64,000 nucleotides of DNA from an uncultured Chloracidobacterium sp. Its GTDB lineage: Bacteria; Acidobacteriota; Blastocatellia; Pyrinomonadales; Pyrinomonadaceae. The notes under the pieces are model-generated. The model searched no databases. It saw nothing but the letters and a program-made list of their open reading frames with translations, and was not told the origin of the DNA. Every line of letters starts with the position of its first letter. The first letter of the stretch is position 1. The DNA is taken from positions 409,658-473,657 of the forward strand of contig CAKZGE010000004.1 in the NCBI GenBank assembly GCA_936914845.1, written 5' to 3'. Position numbers and translations under genes: made by a program. Of this stretch, positions 10,217-20,109 are shown one piece after another.

Positions 10217-10271
10217 TTAATATGGTTGAGCCGCGGGCGGCGTTGCGGACAGAAGTGTCCGCGTTCCGATT

Positions 10272-13200
10272 ATGAAGTTATCACCAACAGAGATATTTAA
10301 GGGCAAGAAGATATTTTTTATCGGCGGGACGGGGTTTGTCGGAAAGGTCACGCTGTCGATGCTGCTGCATAATTTTCCGGATATTGGAAAGGTATATGCA
10401 ACGGTGCGGGCCCGCGATGCGAACGAATCGAAGATACGATTTTGGACGTCGATCGTGACTTCGCCGACCTTTGACCCGCTGCGCAAGAAATACGGCGATA
10501 AATTCGAAGATTTTATCCGGGAAAAGGTCGTGCCCGTCAATGGGGATGTAGGTAACGAATATCTTGGCCTTGAAGAAAAAGAGGCGAAAAAGATAATGAA
10601 GGACGTTGATGTGATCCTCAACGGTGCCGGCAACGTGACGTTCAATCCGCCGCTCGAATCAGCCCTGCGTACCAATGTGGTCGGTTCGAACAATATTATC
10701 AAGCTAGCGCGGATGATGAAAAAACCGCGGCTGGTACACGTTTCGACATGTTTTGTAGCGGGCAAGCGGAGCGGTGCGATCTGGGAAAACGAACCGGTCG
10801 TAGGGTATTTTCCGCGAAAGAACGAACTTGTCGGAACAACTTTTGATGTCAATCGCGAAGTGCAGGATTGTGCCCGATTGTCAGAACAAGCAAGGCAGGA
10901 AGCAGACGATGCCGTTCAGGCCGCAAAGTTTCGCGAGCAAGCACGCCAACGTTTTATCGAAGAAGGCCGCGACCCGGACGACGAAGGTGAACTGAAATCA
11001 GCGATCTTTCGTGAACGCAAAATGTGGGTCCGCGAACGGACGACCGAACTCGGAGCGGAGCGGGCGGAATATTGGGGCTGGACAAATATCTATACATATT
11101 CGAAATCGCTTGCGGAACAGATAATCGCATCGCAAGACGACATTGTTAAATCGCTTGTGCGCCCTTCGATCGTCGAATCTTCGCAATCCTATCCGTTTCC
11201 GGGTTGGAACGAGGGTTTCACCACCACTGCTCCGCTTATTTTGATCGCCCTTCGCGGGCAGCCGGTAATACCGGTCAATGAAAAGTTGATCCTGGACATC
11301 ATTCCGGTTGATATGGTTGCCGGAGCAACCCTGGCGGCGGTGATGAACGTTTTGGTCGATGATAACCCGCCGCTGGTGTTTCAGGCGTCGTCGGGCGATT
11401 CGAACCCGAACGATATGAAGCGTATCGTCGGCCTCGTCGGGTTGTACAAACGCCAGCATTTCGAAGAAAAAGAAACCGGCAACAAGCTGATGAACAAGTT
11501 TGCGGGTATGGTCGAGGCGACGCCCGTTAAACAGCGAACGTATGAATTGACCTCCGCACCGATGCTGAACAAGCTTGCCAAGCGGGCGGACGATCTGATG
11601 GACAAAGCGACGCCGCGTTGGGGAGGCGGGCGTATAGGAAACATCATTGCCGATCTAAAAAAATCGACCGAAAGCTTTAAGGAGGCAACACAAACGACCA
11701 TGGATGCGTTTTCGATGTTCAAGCCATTTATGATCGATAACGAATACCTTTATCGTTCTGACAATGTGCGGGCATTGCAGGCGATGGTCAAGGACAAGGA
11801 AAAGCCTCTGCTGCCGTGGTATCCGGAAAAGCTTGATTGGTACGACTATTGGCTGAACGTTCATTTTCCGGGAATGAGAAAATGGGTGCTGCCGACACTG
11901 GAAGAGGAACTCAAAACGCAAGAACGCCGTTCTTACACCTATAAGGATCTGATCGACCTGTTCGAAACGTCGGTCAAACGGTTCCCGACACGAGTTGCGA
12001 TGCGCATTGAACGAGGCGGCCGCCGCGAACAATATACCTTCGAAGATGTTCGCGAGCTGACATACCGTGTTGCCGGGTTTTTGGCAAAAAATGGAATACA
12101 GGCCGGCGAGCGCGTCATTCTTTTCTCAAACAATATGCCCGAATGGGGAATGTCGTATTTCGGTATCTTAAAGGCCGGAGCGACGGTGATCCCGATCGAC
12201 CCCGCCAGCACGGTTGCGGAAATAGTCAATTTTGCGAAGGCGGGCGAGGCTTCGGCGATACTTATTTCACCGAAATTGGCCGGCGAAAATCCGGATCTCG
12301 CTGATAAATTGGCGGATGCCGGCTTAGATGTAAAGGTTTGGAGTTTTGACGATGCATTCGTTATGCCGTCCGAAACCGAAGAATCAAAGCGTAACGCATT
12401 GCTGCCGGAAAAGATCGCTGCAAATTCGGTGGCGTCGCTGATCTTTACTTCGGGTACGACCGGTGTGCCGAAGGCGGTTATGCTTTCGCATAAGAATTTC
12501 GTGAATATGGTATCGATGCTGTCCAGCGTTTTGGATATGGACATTACAGACGGCGTTTTGTCTGTGTTGCCCATGCACCATACATTCGAATTCTCAGCGG
12601 GGTTTTTGACCCCTTTCTCGAATGGGACGCAGATAACATATCTAAACGAATTGACCGCCGAAGATCTTTCCCGCACGATCGAAACCGGCCATGTAACGGG
12701 TATGGTCGGTGTGCCGGCTTTGTGGGAAATGCTTCACCGCCGCATCAAGACGCGGCTTCGCGAGCGCGGAGACTGGATCGCTGATATGGCAGACAATGTC
12801 ATCGAATTCAATGCATGGATACGCGACAACACGCCGTTCAATCTGGGGCCGATCGTCTTTTTTCCGATCCATCAAGGCATGGGCGGCAAGATGCGCTATT
12901 TGATCTCCGGCGGCTCTGCACTTTCAGAAAAGATACAGAAAGATCTGCACGGACTTGGTTTTACGGTGCTCGAAGGTTACGGGTTGACCGAATCCTCGCC
13001 GGTATTGACGGTTTCGCGTCCGGGCAACAAGATGCTGAAAGGCAGTGTCGGCAAACCGCTGCCGGGTGTTGAGGTAAAGATCGATTCGCCGGATGAAAGC
13101 GGTGTGGGAGAAGTTTTGGCCCGCGGACAGAACATAATGCTCGGTTATTTCAATAACGAAGAAGCGACCGAAGCCGTGCTGCAGGACAGATGGCTGCGGA

Positions 13201-14693
13201 CGGGCGATCTGGGACGTATTGACGAGGACGGAAATCTCTTCATTGTCGGACGATCAAAAGACGTAATAATTGATTCGAACGGTAAAAATATCTATCCGGA
13301 CGAGATCGAAGACCATTATGGCAAATCGCCGCTGATCAAAGAGATGAGCGTTGTCGGATTGCCCGATGAGGACGGCGGTGAAAAGATCGCCGCACTGGTC
13401 GTGCCCGATTATGAATTCGATATCGCCCGCTCCCGTTCGGAGGTGAACCAGGACATTCAAAAGCATTTTCGCGAGATATCCGCTACGCTCCCGTTTTTCA
13501 AGCGAGTAAAGGTGGTGCACGTAACGCCATTTGAATTGCCGCGGACCGCAACACGTAAGGTAAAACGGCCCGAGGTGGTGGAAATGCTGCAGGCCCTTGA
13601 AGAACGGTCGAAAAAGAAGACCGACAAGGTAGTGCAGTCCAAGGGCGACGACAACCTTTTATGGATCAGAAAAATTGTGGCTAGTGTTTCAAGCCGGCCG
13701 CTTTCTGAGATCGCCATTGAAGATAAGCTGGTTGACCTTGGTTTTGATTCGCTGATGTTCGTCGAACTGCAGGCTGCGGTCGAAGATGCCGGCGGACGTG
13801 TGATCTCGCCGGACACTCTTAACGAAGTGCAGACGGTTCGAGAACTTTTGACCGCCTTGCAGCGGCTTGATAAGACCAAGAAATTGGCGGACGAACCCAA
13901 GGCTGAAGAACGGGACGAAGAACAAGACATCTATGTGCCCTCAATAGTGAGGAGGATCGGTAATTCGGTCGTTGATCTGGCGCAGGAAACATTGTACGAC
14001 CGGGTGCTTGATACACGCATTGAAGGGCAAGGAAATGTTCCGCAGCACGTCAATTTCATCGTGGCACCGAACCACGCTTCGCATATCGATACGGGGTTGG
14101 TCAAAAAAGCCCTTGGCGACGGCGTGGCGGAACAGACCGTTGCGGTCGCTGCTGCGGACTACTGGTTCGACACCAAATACAAGCGGGCGTATATGAACAA
14201 TTTTACGACGCTGGTCCCGATCGAACGGACGGGCAGTCTTCGGCAATCGCTGCGGCACGTAACGAAGATCCTGGACGAAGGTTACAACGCTCTGATATTT
14301 CCGGAAGGCACCCGCTCGACGGACGGTGAGATCCATGAATTCAAACCGATCATCGGATATCTGTCGCTAAATCAAAAGATCGGGATTCTGCCGATCTATA
14401 TCTGGGGGACATTCGAGGCTTATCCGAAAGGGATGACGATCCCGGCCCGTAAAAGCATTGGCGCACAGGTCGGAGCCCAGGTTGGCACTTTTCTGGAATA
14501 TGAAGAGCTTCGCGATATGGTCGAAGGTGTGCCAAACACGGAGGCATACAGGCTGATAGCCGCCCGCGTTCAGCACGAGATCGAAAATATGCGCGACGGC
14601 AAACGCGACAGATTCGATGTCGCGGCAATACGCAAAAGATGGCGAGCGGAACGGCGAAAAAGCCGGAAACAGGAACCCGTCATCGATGAATAA
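10272..14693 (+). CDS. multifunctional lipid enzyme, ElbD-like
   Basis: 1473 aa with four fused domains. N-terminal NAD-binding fatty-acyl reductase (male-sterility/NAD_binding_4 type): FFIGGTGFVGK Rossmann motif and YTYSK (YxxxK). AMP-dependent acyl ligase: LIFTSGTTGVPKAV, EGYGLTESS, GDLGRIDEDGNLFIVGRSKD. Carrier domain: LGFDSLMFVEL. C-terminal PlsC-type acyltransferase: NHASHID (HX4D) and FPEGTRS. Confidence 0.85.
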   Translation: MKLSPTEIFKGKKIFFIGGTGFVGKVTLSMLLHNFPDIGKVYATVRARDANESKIRFWTSIVTSPTFDPLRKKYGDKFEDFIREKVVPVNGDVGNEYLGLEEKEAKKIMKDVDVILNGAGNVTFNPPLESALRTNVVGSNNIIKLARMMKKPRLVHVSTCFVAGKRSGAIWENEPVVGYFPRKNELVGTTFDVNREVQDCARLSEQARQEADDAVQAAKFREQARQRFIEEGRDPDDEGELKSAIFRERKMWVRERTTELGAERAEYWGWTNIYTYSKSLAEQIIASQDDIVKSLVRPSIVESSQSYPFPGWNEGFTTTAPLILIALRGQPVIPVNEKLILDIIPVDMVAGATLAAVMNVLVDDNPPLVFQASSGDSNPNDMKRIVGLVGLYKRQHFEEKETGNKLMNKFAGMVEATPVKQRTYELTSAPMLNKLAKRADDLMDKATPRWGGGRIGNIIADLKKSTESFKEATQTTMDAFSMFKPFMIDNEYLYRSDNVRALQAMVKDKEKPLLPWYPEKLDWYDYWLNVHFPGMRKWVLPTLEEELKTQERRSYTYKDLIDLFETSVKRFPTRVAMRIERGGRREQYTFEDVRELTYRVAGFLAKNGIQAGERVILFSNNMPEWGMSYFGILKAGATVIPIDPASTVAEIVNFAKAGEASAILISPKLAGENPDLADKLADAGLDVKVWSFDDAFVMPSETEESKRNALLPEKIAANSVASLIFTSGTTGVPKAVMLSHKNFVNMVSMLSSVLDMDITDGVLSVLPMHHTFEFSAGFLTPFSNGTQITYLNELTAEDLSRTIETGHVTGMVGVPALWEMLHRRIKTRLRERGDWIADMADNVIEFNAWIRDNTPFNLGPIVFFPIHQGMGGKMRYLISGGSALSEKIQKDLHGLGFTVLEGYGLTESSPVLTVSRPGNKMLKGSVGKPLPGVEVKIDSPDESGVGEVLARGQNIMLGYFNNEEATEAVLQDRWLRTGDLGRIDEDGNLFIVGRSKDVIIDSNGKNIYPDEIEDHYGKSPLIKEMSVVGLPDEDGGEKIAALVVPDYEFDIARSRSEVNQDIQKHFREISATLPFFKRVKVVHVTPFELPRTATRKVKRPEVVEMLQALEERSKKKTDKVVQSKGDDNLLWIRKIVASVSSRPLSEIAIEDKLVDLGFDSLMFVELQAAVEDAGGRVISPDTLNEVQTVRELLTALQRLDKTKKLADEPKAEERDEEQDIYVPSIVRRIGNSVVDLAQETLYDRVLDTRIEGQGNVPQHVNFIVAPNHASHIDTGLVKKALGDGVAEQTVAVAAADYWFDTKYKRAYMNNFTTLVPIERTGSLRQSLRHVTKILDEGYNALIFPEGTRSTDGEIHEFKPIIGYLSLNQKIGILPIYIWGTFEAYPKGMTIPARKSIGAQVGAQVGTFLEYEELRDMVEGVPNTEAYRLIAARVQHEIENMRDGKRDRFDVAAIRKRWRAERRKSRKQEPVIDE

Positions 14694-14841
14694 AGAGGTA
14701 AAGAGAATTCAAAGCACCTAGATCAATTGCGACGACCGGCTCTTCAATTCACAAGCGGCGGTTTTGACCGCTCCGCACCAATGAAAAGGCTGGGTTACGA
14801 ACAGGTAGAAAGACATTTAGATACTTCGCGGAAAGAATAAT

Positions 14842-17673
14842 ATGACAACGAGGACATCAAGCTTTATTTTCGCCATCATTTGGTCGTTTTCGATCGGCTT
14901 TTCGGCTGTTTCGGGGCAAACGCCCTCGCCGGCCCCATCTTTTAAGGTCGAATACGAAAAGTTTACCTTGCCGAATGGGTTAACGGTGTTGTTTCATATC
15001 GACCGCAGCGATCCGGTCGTGGCCGTCTCGTTGACCGCTCATGTTGGTTCGGCCCGCGAAAAGGCCGGCCGCACCGGCTTTGCACATCTTTTTGAACATC
15101 TGCTGTTCCTAGAATCAGAGAATTTGGGCAAAGGCGGGTTGGACAAGTTGAGCGCCCAGATCGGCGGATCAGGAGCCAATGGATCTACCAACCGGGACCG
15201 GACGAATTACCTGCAGACGGTGCCGAACGATGCGCTTGAAAAAATGTTGTGGGCAGAGGCGGATAAGCTTGGCTGGTTCGTAAATACGGTCACCGATCCG
15301 GTGCTTGCCAAAGAGAAGCAAGTGGTCAAAAACGAAAAACGCCAAGGCGTGGACAACAATCCTTATGGCCACACGCAATATGTCATTGATAAGGCATTAT
15401 ACCCGGCCGGACATCCGTACAGCTGGCAGGTGATCGGTTCGCTGCAGGACCTTGATAATGCCACGGTCGAAGATGTGAAGGAATTTTACCGTCAATGGTA
15501 TGTGCCGAACAATGTGACCTTGACCGTGGCGGGTGATTTTGATCCGGTGCAGGCTAAAAAATGGGTCGAAAAATATTTTGGTGAAATAAAACGCGGCGGC
15601 GATGTCAAACTGCAGACGAAACAGCCGGCGGTCGTTAAGGAAACCGTCCGTTTTGTGCATGAAGACAACTACGCAAAATTGCCGGAACTCACGCTTGTGT
15701 GGCCCTCGGTGGCTCAGTACGATCCGGATGCCTATGCCCTGGATGTATTGACGCAATATCTGAGCGTTGGGAAAAAAGCCCCGCTCTATCAGGTGTTGGT
15801 CGAAGAAAAGCGATTGACGTCGAATGTTTCAATGTACAATTATTCGTCGGAATTGGCAGGTCAGACACAGCTTGAGGTACGGGCTTTTGACGGAACGCCA
15901 CTCGAAAATGTAAAGGCTGCGATCGACGAAGCTTTTGCAAGGTTTGAGAAGAACGGCATTTCGCAGAAGGACCTTGACCGCATAAAGGCCGGACAGGAAA
16001 CTCAATTTTACAACGGACTTTCGAGCGTATTGGGGAAAGGTGCCCAATTGACCCAGTGCAGTATGTTTGCCGGCGACCCGGGCTGTATCGAAAAAGAGAT
16101 CAACGGCATTTTGGCAGTAACACCGGGCGATGTGAACCGCGTTTACGAAAAATACATTAAAAATAGAAATTTTGTCGCGACGAGTTTTGTTCCGAAAGGG
16201 CAGGTTCAGCTGGCATTGAAGGATTCGAAAACAGCAGAGGTGGTCGTAGAACCGATCGTACAAGGAGCGGAAAAAGAGGTCGATCCGAATGTGAATGCCG
16301 AATATGAACGTACGCCATCGTCGTTCGACAGAAGCAAAGAGCCGCCATATGGACCGGCGCCAAAGGTCAGCGTTCCGGCCGTGTGGGTTCAGAAACTCAA
16401 GAACGGCATCGGTGTTTACGGGATCATGAACACGGAGGTGCCTGTTGTCTCATTCGAATTGTCGATAGACGGCGGTCAACGGCTCGAAACCCTCCAAAAG
16501 ACGGGCATTGCCAATTTAACGGCGCAGATGTTAATGGAAGGCACCAAGAACAAGACGCCGCAGGAACTTGAAGAGGCGATCGAACAGCTTGGAGCGAGTA
16601 TTAGTGTGAGGGCCGGTAAAGAAAGCCTGGTGTTGAGGGGCAATACACTTGCCCGAAATTTTCCGGCAACAATGGCTCTTGTGCAGGAGATACTTCTGGA
16701 GCCGCGCTGGGACGCCAAGGAATTTGATCTGGTCAAGGCCGCGACGGTCAGTGAATTGAAACAGCAAGCGGCGGTTCCGCGGTCTATCGCGCAGAATAAA
16801 TACGCCGAATTGATCTACGGCCGAGACAATATCTACTCAAAAAATACATTGGGCACGGTCGAATCAGTTTCAGCGGCAACGCTCGACGATCTAAAAGCGT
16901 TTTACGCGGCTGCCGTATCGCCATCGGTTGCCAGGTTGAATGTTGTCGGAGCTCTTGGGCAAAAAGATGTCGTGAAACCTTTGGCAGGACTGGTGAGAGC
17001 GTGGAAACCGAAGGCGGTCGTTATACCGGAGTTTAAGACGCCGCCGGCACCGGAGAGATCGGTCGTCTATTTTTACGATGTGCCGAATGCATCACAATCA
17101 GTGCTTCAGATAGGTTACCCGGCGATGGCGGAAACGGATAAGGATTTCTATCCGGCGAGCGTTGCGAATTACATACTCGGCGGCGGCGGGTTCGCATCAC
17201 GGCTAACCATGCAGCTTCGCGAAGGGAAAGGCTACACGTACGGTATTTTCTCGGGCTTTTCGGGCACAAAAACGGTCGGCCCGTTCACCGTTTCAAGCGG
17301 CGTTCGCAGCAACGTTACGCTGGAATCGGTCGAATTGATCAAAGACATATTGGAAAATTACGGTGAGACCTACACGGAAGACGACCTGGCGACGACAAAG
17401 GGCTTTCTGATCAAAAGCAACGCACGCGCATTCGAAACGGCAGGAGCGAAGTTGAATATTTTGGATGATATCAGCAATTACGGTTGGAAGCCGGATTTCG
17501 TGCTGGAGCGGGAAAAGATCGTCAATGGAATGACGGTGAAAGATATCCAGTCGCTTTCGGCAAAATATTTCAATCCTAATAAAATGTATTGGCTGGTGGT
17601 GGGTGATGCAAAGACACAATTGCCCCGGCTGAAAGAACTAGGATTTGGCGAACCGATCCTCTTAAATAAATAA
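14842..17673 (+). CDS. secreted M16 family zinc peptidase (two tandem M16 units; pitrilysin/insulinase-like)
   Basis: 943 aa. Signal peptide. HLFEHLLF (HxxEH inverted zinc motif) in the first half, and a second inactive-like M16 unit. Length fits fused M16B/M16C proteins. Confidence 0.8.
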   Translation: MTTRTSSFIFAIIWSFSIGFSAVSGQTPSPAPSFKVEYEKFTLPNGLTVLFHIDRSDPVVAVSLTAHVGSAREKAGRTGFAHLFEHLLFLESENLGKGGLDKLSAQIGGSGANGSTNRDRTNYLQTVPNDALEKMLWAEADKLGWFVNTVTDPVLAKEKQVVKNEKRQGVDNNPYGHTQYVIDKALYPAGHPYSWQVIGSLQDLDNATVEDVKEFYRQWYVPNNVTLTVAGDFDPVQAKKWVEKYFGEIKRGGDVKLQTKQPAVVKETVRFVHEDNYAKLPELTLVWPSVAQYDPDAYALDVLTQYLSVGKKAPLYQVLVEEKRLTSNVSMYNYSSELAGQTQLEVRAFDGTPLENVKAAIDEAFARFEKNGISQKDLDRIKAGQETQFYNGLSSVLGKGAQLTQCSMFAGDPGCIEKEINGILAVTPGDVNRVYEKYIKNRNFVATSFVPKGQVQLALKDSKTAEVVVEPIVQGAEKEVDPNVNAEYERTPSSFDRSKEPPYGPAPKVSVPAVWVQKLKNGIGVYGIMNTEVPVVSFELSIDGGQRLETLQKTGIANLTAQMLMEGTKNKTPQELEEAIEQLGASISVRAGKESLVLRGNTLARNFPATMALVQEILLEPRWDAKEFDLVKAATVSELKQQAAVPRSIAQNKYAELIYGRDNIYSKNTLGTVESVSAATLDDLKAFYAAAVSPSVARLNVVGALGQKDVVKPLAGLVRAWKPKAVVIPEFKTPPAPERSVVYFYDVPNASQSVLQIGYPAMAETDKDFYPASVANYILGGGGFASRLTMQLREGKGYTYGIFSGFSGTKTVGPFTVSSGVRSNVTLESVELIKDILENYGETYTEDDLATTKGFLIKSNARAFETAGAKLNILDDISNYGWKPDFVLEREKIVNGMTVKDIQSLSAKYFNPNKMYWLVVGDAKTQLPRLKELGFGEPILLNK

Positions 17674-17683
17674 CGGAATAGAT

Positions 17684-19072
17684 ATGAGACCTGTAAATCA
17701 ATATGCTGTCGCATTATGTGTAGCGGTGATCCTTTTGGGGGTTTTGGTTGGCCGCGGCCAAACTGTGACAAAAACGGATCGCGAAAAACTGGCAAGCGAG
17801 GTAAAAGTAGAGTTTCTGCACGCGTGGAACGGTTATAAGAAATATGCCTGGGGCAATGATGACCTAGCACCGCTCAGCAAAGGGCATCACAATTGGTATG
17901 CAGAACCGCTTTTGATGACGCCGGTGGATGCATTGGATACGATGTATCTGATGGGCGAAAAGGCAGAAGCCGATGCGACCCGGGAATATATTGTTAAAGA
18001 GCTGAGATTTGATAAGGATCTTGATGTCCAAAATTTTGAGATCACTATCCGTTTGTTGGGCGGGCTCCTGTCGGCCTATCAGATCAGCGGCGATGAAAAG
18101 CTCTTGAAACTCGCAGAAGATCTAGGCACGCGGCTGCTGCCGGTGTTCGATTCGCCTACCGGTTTGCCATATAAAAATGTAAATCTGGTCACGGGTAAAA
18201 CCAGCGGGGCAGTAACAAACCCGGCGGAAACGGGCACGCTTTTGATCGAATTCGGCACACTCGCAAAATTGACGAACAAACCGATCTTTTACGAGAAAGC
18301 GAAGCGGGCATTGACGGAAACGTTCAAGCGACGTTCAAAGATCGGGCTGGTGGGAACGCGAATAAATGTCGAGACCGGCGAATGGGTCAATAAGGAAAGC
18401 CATATTAGCGCCGAGATCGATTCGTATTATGAATATTTGCTGAAATGTTCCATCTTGTTCGGCGACAAAGATTGCCGAAAGATGTGGGACGTATCGATCA
18501 AGCCGGTCAACAGATATTTGGCGGACAATGTTGGCGAGGAATTGTGGTACGGTTACGCAGACATGGAAACAGGCAAGCGGACGGCGTCCACCTATGGGGC
18601 TTTGGACGCATTTTTCCCCGGTGTGCTGGCATTGGCCGGAGACCTGAAACGGGCGGAGCGGCTGCAAACATCTTCGTTTAAGATGTGGAATCTACACGGC
18701 ATTGAGCCGGAAGTGCTTAATTACCGGACGATGAAGGTCGAACACGCCGGATATCCGCTGCGGCCGGAAATAATTGAATCAACGTATATTTTGTATCATT
18801 ACACTAAGGACCCGAAATATTTGGCAATGGGCGAAAAAATGTGGCGGGATTTTGTGAAGTATTGCCGCACGGAAGCGGGCTATGCGGCATTGAAAAGTGT
18901 GGTGACAAAAGAAAAGAGAGATTCGATGCAAAGCTTTGTGCTGGCCGAAACATTTAAATATTTTTACCTGCTTTTTGCGACAAAGCCGCCTTTGGAGTTT
19001 GATAAGGTGGTGTTCAATACGGAAGCTCATCCGATCCGCCGCACATGGAATGTTAAAATGGCGGGCAAATAA
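17684..19072 (+). CDS. glycoside hydrolase family 47 (class I alpha-1,2-mannosidase-like)
   Basis: 462 aa. Signal peptide. WNGYKKYAWGNDDLAPLS and FEITIRLLGGLLSAYQISGD closely match GH47 signatures (FETxIRxLGGLLSAY). Begins 11 nt after the M16 gene. Confidence 0.75.
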   Translation: MRPVNQYAVALCVAVILLGVLVGRGQTVTKTDREKLASEVKVEFLHAWNGYKKYAWGNDDLAPLSKGHHNWYAEPLLMTPVDALDTMYLMGEKAEADATREYIVKELRFDKDLDVQNFEITIRLLGGLLSAYQISGDEKLLKLAEDLGTRLLPVFDSPTGLPYKNVNLVTGKTSGAVTNPAETGTLLIEFGTLAKLTNKPIFYEKAKRALTETFKRRSKIGLVGTRINVETGEWVNKESHISAEIDSYYEYLLKCSILFGDKDCRKMWDVSIKPVNRYLADNVGEELWYGYADMETGKRTASTYGALDAFFPGVLALAGDLKRAERLQTSSFKMWNLHGIEPEVLNYRTMKVEHAGYPLRPEIIESTYILYHYTKDPKYLAMGEKMWRDFVKYCRTEAGYAALKSVVTKEKRDSMQSFVLAETFKYFYLLFATKPPLEFDKVVFNTEAHPIRRTWNVKMAGK

Positions 19073-19077
19073 AGATC

Positions 19078-20109
19078 ATGGCCAAGAAAAAAGCAACCGA
19101 AACAGAGAAAAAGATCCTGATAACCGGCGGAACCGGCTTTTTGGGGGCAGAGGTCGTTCGGCAACTGATCGATGCGGGCGAAACTAACATCAAGGTTTTG
19201 GCGTCCCGCGTGCCGGAATGGATGAAAGATGCGGGCATTAAGGCCGTCGAGGGTTCGGTAACGGACCCGGAAACGGTCGAAAAGGCGGTCAAAAATGTTT
19301 CGGCGATCTTCCATCTTGCCGGCAAGGTTTCGAGAAATAACGACGATGCTGCCGACATGAACGGTGTTCATTTGGAGGGTACACGGGTTCTTTGCGAAGC
19401 CGCGTCCGAAGCCGGCGTGGGCACGATCGTGCTTGCGTCTTCGAGCGGAACGATCGCTGTGTCTGAAACGCCGGAGATGTTCGACGAAACGTTTCCGCCG
19501 CCTGTCGATATCATCACAAAATGGGCGTACTACGCATCCAAATACTATCAGGAGCGGGCGGCGCTTGAGAATTTCGATGGCAAAGGCCGCCGCTTGGTCA
19601 TTATGAACCCGTCATTGCTGCTCGGCCCGGGCGATGACCGATTGAGTTCGACGAAGGTCGTCCTCGATTTTCTCGGGCGAAAAATTCCGTATGTGCCCGG
19701 CGGCGGACTTAATTTTGTAGATGTGCGCGACGCGGCGGCGGCATTCATCACGGCTTTAGAAAAAGGGGAACATCAACAAAAATATCTGCTTGGTGCCGTG
19801 AATATGCCATTTGCAGAATTTCTCGGACGGTTGGAAAGATTGTCCGGCGTTTCAGCACCGATGCTGAAAGTTCCGAAGAAAATTGCGGCTGCCGGCGCCG
19901 GGATCATCGATTCGGTGTTTCGAAACTGGGGAAAAACTTCACCTGTTCAGCCGAAAGAAGTGGAACAGGCGGAATATTTTTGGTATTTCGATCCGTCAAG
20001 GGCTGTTGAAGAACTAGGGTTCACATCTCGTGATCCTCAGGAAACGCTTCAAGACACTGTCGCATACATACGCACGACCTTTCTGGGCGGCGGTATCTTC
20101 TCAAAATAG
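19078..20109 (+). CDS. NAD-dependent epimerase/dehydratase (extended SDR family)
   Basis: 343 aa. ILITGGTGFLGAEVVRQL Rossmann motif and YxxxK (YYASKYY). Begins 6 nt after the GH47 gene. Confidence 0.75.
   Translation: MAKKKATETEKKILITGGTGFLGAEVVRQLIDAGETNIKVLASRVPEWMKDAGIKAVEGSVTDPETVEKAVKNVSAIFHLAGKVSRNNDDAADMNGVHLEGTRVLCEAASEAGVGTIVLASSSGTIAVSETPEMFDETFPPPVDIITKWAYYASKYYQERAALENFDGKGRRLVIMNPSLLLGPGDDRLSSTKVVLDFLGRKIPYVPGGGLNFVDVRDAAAAFITALEKGEHQQKYLLGAVNMPFAEFLGRLERLSGVSAPMLKVPKKIAAAGAGIIDSVFRNWGKTSPVQPKEVEQAEYFWYFDPSRAVEELGFTSRDPQETLQDTVAYIRTTFLGGGIFSK

Noticed and set aside
10272-14693. Interpreting the 1473-aa protein as an NRPS/PKS module
   Set aside because: There is no condensation, KS or AT domain. 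The AMP-binding domain is acyl-CoA-synthetase-like, and the C-terminus is a PlsC-type lipid acyltransferase (HX4D). The architecture fits lipid metabolism (ElbD-like) better than secondary-metabolite assembly lines.
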